Source: Patescibacteria group bacterium (GTDB lineage: Bacteria > Patescibacteriota > Dojkabacteria > J137). Taken from it: DNA of 64,000 bases. How positions within the stretch are numbered: the stretch's first letter is position 1; every line of letters starts with the position of its first letter. Shown here in pieces: positions 56,546-64,000 of the stretch. Location of the stretch: assembly GCA_016861265.1 (NCBI GenBank), contig BOLA01000001.1, positions 267,569 through 331,568 on the forward strand, in the 5' to 3' direction. The position numbers were made by a program, and so were the translations under genes. The notes beneath the pieces are model-generated. The model was given only the letters and a program-made list of their open reading frames with translations. It did not search any database and had not been told where the DNA came from.

Positions 56546-59500
56546 TTGGTTTACATTTAAAAGCATCTATAATATCTTCCAGAATACTCCTTGCAATTTC
56601 TCTATCTGACGAGGAAGCATTTGGATTATCTCTTAACCAATTCTCAAGACCATTCTTAATACCTTGCGCTTTTATCGAATGAAATTTATCATGTACAGGT
56701 AAACCTGTTGTCAACTCGTATCTCAATGCATCTGCTGTTGTTCCATTTCCCGTCCTATCTATTTTGTCAATTCCCTTATAAAAGTCATTGACCAAGTTAT
56801 ACAATCTACCCTGGTCCTCTACACTTGGCTTTTTAACAGTGCTTCGCACAGGAAGACAAGGTTTATTAGGAACATTAGTACTTGTAGTACTCGTAATTGC
56901 TTCCTCACTAGCATTAGAATTTATTTCATTAACTAATCTAACCCCTTCCTCTACCACTTTATAAGTAATAACTGCAGCAGCGACTATGGCTGTTGCGATT
57001 ACTATAACTTGAGCAGTGAATACAATCGCCTCCCAAATCACAATAACTGCTGGTACCGCTAACAGAATAAATTCACCACTAAAGTCACTACCATTTATAG
57101 GATCCACAGGATACACATAATCATTCTGAGTTCCTCCTTCCACAGGATCTACCTGCATGAATCTTCCTAATCCAGGTATATACACCCTTGCTCCCATTTG
57201 AGTAAATAGAACACTGAATCTATTTTCTACTTCTCTTCTTTCACTTCCTCCAAATCCAAACTTCTCTACTCCCGTTATTGGTGTTCCAAATGGATCGTAT
57301 CTTTTTAATGTTCCCGTATTATTGGCCAAAACGTTACCAGTTGAGCTCATTATACTATAATCGCTGCTAGAAGTCTTTACAGTCAATAACATACCCGGTA
57401 GGCTTACATATTTCTCTATAATATTATTACTGTTGTCTCTTAAAACATCTGCAGAAGATGAACTGGCTGTAAAGTTATATTTCTTAACATCTGCACCAGA
57501 ATTATAGTTACTATTAATAATTCTACCCATTACATCTCTTGTGTAGGCAATAGATTTATCAGGTTCGGATACTCCAATGTTTTGGTCAGATACATCGTAT
57601 GTAAATGTCATGTTGCCTAGTTTAGTAGTATTGCCATGGCTATCGTAAGTTGGAGTACCGTACTGAGTTGAGCTTACTAATCTATCAGCATTATCGTAAC
57701 AGTAATTATTTGTAGTTGTTACTCCGCTAATAGTTACACTATCGCTTGTCCTATTAAAGTTTTTGTTAGAGTTTGTAAAGCTGCAGTTAGATGCAGTTGC
57801 ATAAGAATATGCGTACTGCCTATCTCCATAGTCGGCTGCAACTAATCGATCTGCTTTATCAAATGTATATGCTTGATTATATTCTGTCGAACCTTGCTTA
57901 AACTTTTGAGAAAGAATCATGCCGGATTGAGACTTTGTTAATTCTTCATCAATTAGTGTTCCGTCAGATTGTCTCCAACTGTATTTAATTGGTCTTTCTA
58001 AAGAATCTCTGGTTGTACCTAAGTATGCGAGCTGACCTGCTTGAGGGTAAGTAATTCCCGAAACCCTGCCATAAGAATCGTAACTTACATTTGCATAAAC
58101 AATATCATCTAGTTCTTTAGACGTAACTTGAGAGTAATTATTGTAGTTCCATTCTTCTTTACCTATGTCTGATTCCTTTTTAATTAGTCTATTTAAGTTA
58201 TCGTAAGTATAAGTAGTTACCATTCCATAACTATCTGTATACTTAATCAAATTACCTACAAAGTCATATTCAGAAATTACTGTTGTTGTTCCATCACTAA
58301 CTGAACGTTTTAAAGGGTTATTACCATAAGCAAAGTTATTGCTCACAGTTTTGCCTGTTTTACCATTGTTTGTAGCTATTACCTTACTAGTTACTCTGCC
58401 TCTGGAATCAAAACTTGTACAATTCCAATTTTCCTTGTTATATCTGCTGCCAACAACTCTTCCTGATGCATCGTAGACTAATTCTGTTTTTATGCCTTCT
58501 TTATTAACTTCATCGGCACGTCTAAAGTTAAAGTTATCAGTGTACAAATCGCCATTAGATCTTAATACATGTAGAATTGTTATGTTTGTTACATTATTAG
58601 GGATTTCGATATCTGTAGCATACGTAGTCCAATTTGCACTGGCTGGTATTGTTGCAAAATCGCTGTAAGTGTAATCCGTACCATTATATTTATACCCAAC
58701 TATTATTGTTGAATTTGCTGTAGATTTATAGCTGTCACTAAAGGTATATGTTTTACCTGGAGTAACTACAACTTCATTATGTACCCATTTGGCATCACCA
58801 TCTACATAATTGCTGATTGTTGTTTTTAAACTTTTTGAGCCATCAGCAGCATCGTTTACATAACTAAATGTTGCAGTATTATTACCCCATGAATTTGTAA
58901 ACCAATTATTAGGATTACCACTTGTTGAAGCTTCTGCAGATGGATTTAATATTATGTTCTGCCTTGTAGCTTTTATAGAATAGTTATCTACATACAAATC
59001 TCCATTTGATCTTAAAACCTGCATTACCACAAGATTTCTTACATTGTATTGGATTGGAATATTTATGCTGTAATTAGTCCAGTTAGCACTAGCAGGTATT
59101 GTTGCGTAATCAACATACTGGTAGTTATTATCGTTGTATTTATAGCCTACTATAAGTGTTGAAGCTACTGTTGATTTGTAACTATTACTAAATGTATAGA
59201 CTTCACCAGGTACAACTGCTACTTCGTCATGCACCCATTTAGCGTCTCCATCAACATAACTACTAACTGTTGTTTTTAAACCTTTTGAGCCATCAGCAGC
59301 ATCGTTTACGTAACTAAATGTTGCGCTGTTATTTCCCCAAACATTAGTAGCCCAGTTATTTGGTACTCCATTTGTTGATGTTTCAGCAGATGAATTTTTT
59401 ACTAAATTTAGTGGAGGAATTTCCATTACAGAAACATCATCCATCCACAGATCACCTACACCTGTAAGTACATGAAATGTTGAAATTGCTGTTGCATTAT

Positions 59501-60500
59501 ATGGTGTTACAAAACTGTAGTTAAACGATGTCCAGTTATTTGCGCTACTAGGCAGGTAACCTAGATAAAGCCAGTCATAAGTATTTACGCCGACTGTAAA
59601 TCTAACCAACACCTGACTATCCGCAGTAGATTTATAGAACTCTTTATAATTGTAAGAAGTACCGGATTTAGCAGGAGCCTCATCACTGTACCATTTAGAA
59701 TCTCCGTCTGTATAACTGCTGATTGCTACGTGGGCGCTTCTTGAACCTGTATATCCAGTTGTAGCATACTCAAAGGTTGCAGTATTAGTACCATATGTAT
59801 CGGTAATCCAGTTTACTGGAGCATTGCTGGCTTCTATTTCAAAAGACGGATTAGCAATTATATTAACATCCTGCACCTGAAAGTTTGGTTCAAATTTACT
59901 CTTTACAAATCCTGCCTGAGATATCAGATCTGTACCTGGAGTACAGACATTGTCTTTTTGTTCGGTTCCACCATAGTAACTGTAGGTAGTTGTTGAACCT
60001 CCAACACTAGATTTAGATAATTGTCTAAGGTACCCAGTACCTTGAGGTTCGTACGTTGAGCTAGTTGAATAATTTAACCCATTTGGATCAAGAACTTTAC
60101 TGGATACTAGTCCATATGCTGGGTCTTGATAGTTAGTTTTAGTTTCAATATTACCTAATTGCTGATCGTAAACAATATTAGTTGTTGGTAAGTTAAAACC
60201 TGGGCTAAGATTAGACCAAACATTTGTTTCTGTAATACCTGGACCTGCCAAAGTTACACTTAGGCTTTTCGTAGTATTAGTTGTAGCCCAATCAATTCTT
60301 ACTCTATATACTTTATTAGCTTCAGCAGTAAATGTTCCGGATTTTTGTGTTGAAGTTGCTGAAGTATAGTTCCAATTATCAATAATTAGTCTGTCATCCA
60401 CATATACCTTCACTCTCTCCGTATGTATTGCTTTAAACGTATATGTTCCATTCTGGTTAAATTTAATTTTACCTGTTAAAGATAGCCCTACTCCATCCAT
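56538..60500 (-). CDS. RHS/YD-repeat polymorphic toxin, 5'-truncated: partial PA14, three CBM-like domains, RHS core, C-terminal toxin domain
   Basis: YD repeats; [33 protein letters not shown]; three NPSxE..W..WG repeats; no signal peptide, begins mid-PA14. Confidence 0.88.
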   Translation of the reverse strand: MDGVGLSLTGKIKFNQNGTYTFKAIHTERVKVYVDDRLIIDNWNYTSATSTQKSGTFTAEANKVYRVRIDWATTNTTKSLSVTLAGPGITETNVWSNLSPGFNLPTTNIVYDQQLGNIETKTNYQDPAYGLVSSKVLDPNGLNYSTSSTYEPQGTGYLRQLSKSSVGGSTTTYSYYGGTEQKDNVCTPGTDLISQAGFVKSKFEPNFQVQDVNIIANPSFEIEASNAPVNWITDTYGTNTATFEYATTGYTGSRSAHVAISSYTDGDSKWYSDEAPAKSGTSYNYKEFYKSTADSQVLVRFTVGVNTYDWLYLGYLPSSANNWTSFNYSFVTPYNATAISTFHVLTGVGDLWMDDVSVMEIPPLNLVKNSSAETSTNGVPNNWATNVWGNNSATFSYVNDAADGSKGLKTTVSSYVDGDAKWVHDEVAVVPGEVYTFSNSYKSTVASTLIVGYKYNDNNYQYVDYATIPASANWTNYSINIPIQYNVRNLVVMQVLRSNGDLYVDNYSIKATRQNIILNPSAEASTSGNPNNWFTNSWGNNTATFSYVNDAADGSKSLKTTISNYVDGDAKWVHNEVVVTPGKTYTFSDSYKSTANSTIIVGYKYNGTDYTYSDFATIPASANWTTYATDIEIPNNVTNITILHVLRSNGDLYTDNFNFRRADEVNKEGIKTELVYDASGRVVGSRYNKENWNCTSFDSRGRVTSKVIATNNGKTGKTVSNNFAYGNNPLKRSVSDGTTTVISEYDFVGNLIKYTDSYGMVTTYTYDNLNRLIKKESDIGKEEWNYNNYSQVTSKELDDIVYANVSYDSYGRVSGITYPQAGQLAYLGTTRDSLERPIKYSWRQSDGTLIDEELTKSQSGMILSQKFKQGSTEYNQAYTFDKADRLVAADYGDRQYAYSYATASNCSFTNSNKNFNRTSDSVTISGVTTTNNYCYDNADRLVSSTQYGTPTYDSHGNTTKLGNMTFTYDVSDQNIGVSEPDKSIAYTRDVMGRIINSNYNSGADVKKYNFTASSSSADVLRDNSNNIIEKYVSLPGMLLTVKTSSSDYSIMSSTGNVLANNTGTLKRYDPFGTPITGVEKFGFGGSERREVENRFSVLFTQMGARVYIPGLGRFMQVDPVEGGTQNDYVYPVDPINGSDFSGEFILLAVPAVIVIWEAIVFTAQVIVIATAIVAAAVITYKVVEEGVRLVNEINSNASEEAITSTTSTNVPNKPCLPVRSTVKKPSVEDQGRLYNLVNDFYKGIDKIDRTGNGTTADALRYELTTGLPVHDKFHSIKAQGIKNGLENWLRDNPNASSSDREIARSILEDIIDAFKCKPNE

Positions 60501-60571
60501 TCCGGTATCTTTTGTAATTGGAAAAGTTTGATTTGCAGAAAAACCAGCAATTTCAACTTCTAGAAATAAAA

Positions 60572-60592
60572 AAAGGAGCTAGTTGCTCCTTT
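60572..60592 (-). terminator. Intrinsic terminator of the ASCH gene
   Basis: AAAGGAGC-TAGTT-GCTCCTTT, with a T run on the minus strand. Confidence 0.7.
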
Positions 60593-60612
60593 GAGTATTA
60601 ATATTTAATAAA

Positions 60613-60951
60613 TTATGCAATCAGCTCTTTTAACAATTCAAAACAGATTGCAGCAACTCCGAACTCAGATTCATCCTCTTTTCTATAGAATCTATAATAT
60701 ACATTCACAGCAGAATCTAAGTCTTTTGCATCTGGAATTACATTTTTAACACCTTCCATTATCAACATCTCTCTAAAAGAAGGATATTTATTCACCTCTA
60801 AAATTCTAAGCTCCAAATCATTGATTTTAATTAAATCACCAGCAACTAATTCCATATACTTGGACTTACCTAGTCTCCCTTCAACAACTTTTTTACCATT
60901 TCTAATTAGGCTTAAATACGGTTCTTGCACGTCTAGTTCAAGTTTATACAT
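60613..60951 (-). CDS. ASCH domain protein
   Basis: EPYLSLIRNGKKVVEGRL..GDLIKI..YPSFREML..FGVAAI. Confidence 0.9.
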   Translation of the reverse strand: MYKLELDVQEPYLSLIRNGKKVVEGRLGKSKYMELVAGDLIKINDLELRILEVNKYPSFREMLIMEGVKNVIPDAKDLDSAVNVYYRFYRKEDESEFGVAAICFELLKELIA

Positions 60952-61345
60952 AACAAAATACTTATAATTAATATACGGATTTTACCAAAAACGACCATAT
61001 ATAGTGAAATGAAATTTAAGTATATGCCTTGGCACTAAAAGTTCCAAAATGAAATGGGGCTGTTTTTAAAATCGTTGCCAGGTAAGGGGAATTTAATGGG
61101 GTGGAGGAACTCAACTGTTCTGAACATCTCCCCCTCCTTCAGTATTGTATCATTACAATCCATTAAAACTGCTATAACCAAGTATTTCCAATTAGTTGGA
61201 GATAGCGTTGCAGGCGTAAATATGCAAAGAATAGATTATAAATTCTGATATTAATGTATTAGGGAGAAAGCGAATGAACATTAACTATCTTCAAGTCTAA
61301 AATCTTAAACCCTGTTAAAATTATTAAAACATTATTCATATTTGC

Positions 61346-62410
61346 ATGCATAAACTTAATAAAAAGAAAAAAAGATTTTTGATTCTTAAATCTATTAAGA
61401 GACATAAGCATGAATTAGAGCGAAAAAGAAGGAGAAAGATTAAAAAGCTTAATTCTCTTCCAGAGAAAGTTTTGACAAGGAAAAGAAAATCTTATGAGCA
61501 TAAAAAAGATAAGATAGTTCACACTGATTGTATAGCTGACGAGAACTTTTCACTAATAAATAATCCTGATTATATAATTAGTTATTTTGAAAAGGCTCGG
61601 AAAAGTTTCAAAGAAAAACAATATGTGAATTTTGATTTAGGAGGTGTTAAAACAACAGGTCCAGAAACAATATTATTATTGAGTGCATTAATAAATGAAC
61701 CTGAATTTACAAATAATATCCCTTTTAAAGGCAGGTCACCATTACAAGCAGATTTACAACAAATGTTTAGACAAGTAGGATTCTATAATTTTGTTAAATC
61801 CAATGAACTAACTCAATTAACAAATAAAGATTTGCATGGTGAAATAATCCACAGAATAACCAGAAAGAAAGTGGAGAATCAGTTGGCAGGAGATATTTGT
61901 AAATCAGCGGTAAAACATACTTTTAAAAGTGATAATTATATACATAAAACTATTTTGCCAATACTAATTGAATGCATGGCAAATACATGGAATCACGCAA
62001 ATTATGGGACTTCAGAAGATGAATATAATTGGTGGTTATTAGCATACAAAGAACCCAAAACAGACTGCACTAAATTTTGTATTTTAGATTTAGGTGTTGG
62101 AATTTTTGGAAGTTTGAACAGAAAGTTTGCTGAAGGTGCTATAACTTATATTTTCCCAAATAAAAATTTGACTAATTTAAAAAATATTTTTAAAGGTAAC
62201 ACCAGAACAAGAACAAAAGAAGAAAAAAGAGGTAAGGGACTGAATACTATTTATAACCTAGTTAAATCAGATAAAACTATTCAGAACTTTACAATTATTA
62301 CAAATGATGTATTTGCTATAATTGAACAAGATAAAGAAGATGTTTATAAAAAATTAAAAACACCATTTAAAGGGACTTTATATTATTGGGAATTAAGAAA
62401 TAATGGATGA
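61346..62410 (+). CDS. HATPase_c (GHKL)-fold protein
   Basis: ECMANTWNHA (N box), LDLGVGI (G1), RGKGL (G2), KGT. Confidence 0.75.
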   Translation: MHKLNKKKKRFLILKSIKRHKHELERKRRRKIKKLNSLPEKVLTRKRKSYEHKKDKIVHTDCIADENFSLINNPDYIISYFEKARKSFKEKQYVNFDLGGVKTTGPETILLLSALINEPEFTNNIPFKGRSPLQADLQQMFRQVGFYNFVKSNELTQLTNKDLHGEIIHRITRKKVENQLAGDICKSAVKHTFKSDNYIHKTILPILIECMANTWNHANYGTSEDEYNWWLLAYKEPKTDCTKFCILDLGVGIFGSLNRKFAEGAITYIFPNKNLTNLKNIFKGNTRTRTKEEKRGKGLNTIYNLVKSDKTIQNFTIITNDVFAIIEQDKEDVYKKLKTPFKGTLYYWELRNNG

Positions 62411-62735
62411 CAAAATAATTATAAAAATTGCTACTGATTTTAATGTCTATCCAGGCGCTAGGTATAAAGCTGATGGAGAATTTTCTGGAGAGGCTTTTTA
62501 TGAAGACTTATTCAAATCTAAATTCCAAAGTGCATGTGATGAGAATAAAATCCTTGTATTAGATCTTGATGGAACATGGGGGTATGCATCTTCATTTATA
62601 TCTGAAATTTTTACAAGAATGGTTAAAGATTTTGGGAAAGAAAAGATTAAAGCTCATTTAGAAATTAAATCAGAAGAAGAACCTTTACTTAAGGACAAGA
62701 TTAATAGAATTATTGATGAAATTCAAGAAGATTAA
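62403..62735 (+). CDS. STAS-like DUF4325 protein
   Basis: PGARY..SGEAF..LDLDGTWGYASSFISEIF. Confidence 0.85.
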   Translation: MDDKIIIKIATDFNVYPGARYKADGEFSGEAFYEDLFKSKFQSACDENKILVLDLDGTWGYASSFISEIFTRMVKDFGKEKIKAHLEIKSEEEPLLKDKINRIIDEIQED

Positions 62736-63309
62736 TATCATAACTATTCTAGTTTTTCTCCTAGTTTTTGGTGGGGGTTTAATCTTAGGCTTAATTTTAA
62801 GGGACATTGATTACTTCACTTTTAAATCTGAAGTCAGCATTGGTGATATTTCAAGCTTAGCACTTACATTATTTCTTGCATTATTTATACCTTTCTATCT
62901 TGATAGAAAATTAAATAATAGAAGAGTTGAAAAAGATTTGGTTATTGCATTTTTAGATAATTTAATACAAGAGGTGAAACTACAAATTTCTTATATTGAA
63001 GATCTCCATATTTCAAATGAAGTATTAGATGAGAAACAAAAGAAGAAAGTTAATTTGAATCTTAAAAAATTAAGCAATTATTTGGATACCTTAATTGATA
63101 GTTGTGAGAATTATAAAAAGGATAAAGAAATATCTCAGTTGATTGAACAGTTAAAAAATCTAAACTATACCTTCTGGAGAGATTTAACTTTTAACATTGG
63201 TAATACGGACTATAAAATAGACACCGAGTTATTTCAAAAAATAGAACCTACAGTAAATAGCTTTGAGCTAAAACTAAATAAACTCAAATTAACTATAAAT
63301 AATTACTAA
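62716..63309 (+). CDS. Two-TM membrane protein
   Basis: Two N-terminal hydrophobic helices; overlaps the STAS gene. Confidence 0.6.
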   Translation: MKFKKINIITILVFLLVFGGGLILGLILRDIDYFTFKSEVSIGDISSLALTLFLALFIPFYLDRKLNNRRVEKDLVIAFLDNLIQEVKLQISYIEDLHISNEVLDEKQKKKVNLNLKKLSNYLDTLIDSCENYKKDKEISQLIEQLKNLNYTFWRDLTFNIGNTDYKIDTELFQKIEPTVNSFELKLNKLKLTINNY

Positions 63310-63311
63310 TC

Positions 63312-63722
63312 TTGAGAAACGGCATAAAAAACGGTAAAAATACACAATTTAGTACAGATAACCAACCAAGTGGAGAGGCAAAGTCCGAAGGATGGAAAAG
63401 AAAAAGGTATGCGCAACAGTTCATGGATAAAGTAATGGAATATCAAGAATTATCATTAGAAGAATTTGAAAGAATTGAAAAAGAAGTAGAAAGATCAAAA
63501 GCTAAATATACAATCAGAGATGTTATGGCAATTAAATATGTTTCAAAAGGTTTAAAAAGTGATAAATTTTTATTGGATTGGGTTGATAGGCATGTGAGTA
63601 AAGCACAATTCAACAAAGAAGACGAGAAGCAAAAAGAACCAATATCAAAATACATTGTAGAAATTGTTGAACCAAAATACAGTCAGGAAGAGATTAGAGC
63701 TTTCAGTGAAAATAAGGTTTGA
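63312..63722 (+). CDS. Phage terminase small-subunit-like protein
   Basis: GKNTQFSTDNQPSGEAKSEGWKRKR N-terminus resembles small terminase-type proteins. Confidence 0.45.
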   Translation: MRNGIKNGKNTQFSTDNQPSGEAKSEGWKRKRYAQQFMDKVMEYQELSLEEFERIEKEVERSKAKYTIRDVMAIKYVSKGLKSDKFLLDWVDRHVSKAQFNKEDEKQKEPISKYIVEIVEPKYSQEEIRAFSENKV

Positions 63723-63780
63723 GAAAACAGGCATACCCGTAGTATATTATTTAAAGATTTAACCCATTTAATACAAATTT

Positions 63781-64000
63781 ATGGAAACCAACCTTTTAGT
63801 TGCATTATCAAACTTAATTCAAAATCCAATTACTGATATACTTGCAACTTATAATTCAAGCAATAGAATTAATAATGTTGGTGAGGCTTTGGAATATTAT
63901 GTTAGAGATTTATTTTGTAATACAGTTGGAGAATCTGATTCAAATATTGAAAATAAAATATTAACCCACAGTCAATATTTTTCATACATTGGGAATCAAA
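63781..64000 (+). CDS. Type II restriction endonuclease, NgoPII-like (partial)
   Basis: METNLLVALSNLIQNP..NRINNVGEALEYYVRDLFC..FSYIGNQ; runs off window end. Confidence 0.75.
   Translation, partial: METNLLVALSNLIQNPITDILATYNSSNRINNVGEALEYYVRDLFCNTVGESDSNIENKILTHSQYFSYIGNQ

Noticed and set aside
61054-61248. 64-aa ORF or tRNA/att-like remnant at the island boundary
   Set aside because: No cloverleaf, repeat partner or protein motif could be established

Overview
AT-rich bacterial chromosome segment. Gene content (CxxC-x17-CxxC protein, WxL/DUF916-like surface cluster, lone sortase, SipW/TasA pair, native genes without Shine-Dalgarno (SD) sites) suggests a Patescibacteria/CPR organism; this is inference. 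No rRNA, tRNA or CRISPR array was seen. Recognisable modules: a two-gene CBASS locus (REase-SAVED effector plus CD-NTase-AGS-C), an Acb1-like 2H phosphoesterase, a kinase-like/vWA/divergent PurA/nucleotidyltransferase/NUDIX cluster, a giant repeat surface protein with a WxL-like operon, a GT2 synthase plus GH18 chitinase pair, a decaying RHS toxin/immunity array and several pseudogenes. Most striking: nine scattered stand-alone transcription units (about 5.1, 5.9, 9.6-10.8, 12.7-13.7, 15.1-15.6, 15.7-16.2, 16.8-17.5, 30.1-30.6 and 36.8-39.1 kb), plus a weaker case at 45.3-46.1 kb, share an architecture absent from the AT-rich genes I checked. Most are GC-elevated, with a sigma70-type promoter, an SD site, usually an rRNA-operon boxA-like motif, and a 5' leader complementary to the sequence around the stop codon. 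Each mRNA could therefore close into a pre-rRNA-like terminal stem that often covers its own ribosome-binding site. All alignments and pairings were read by eye; no database search or folding program was run.
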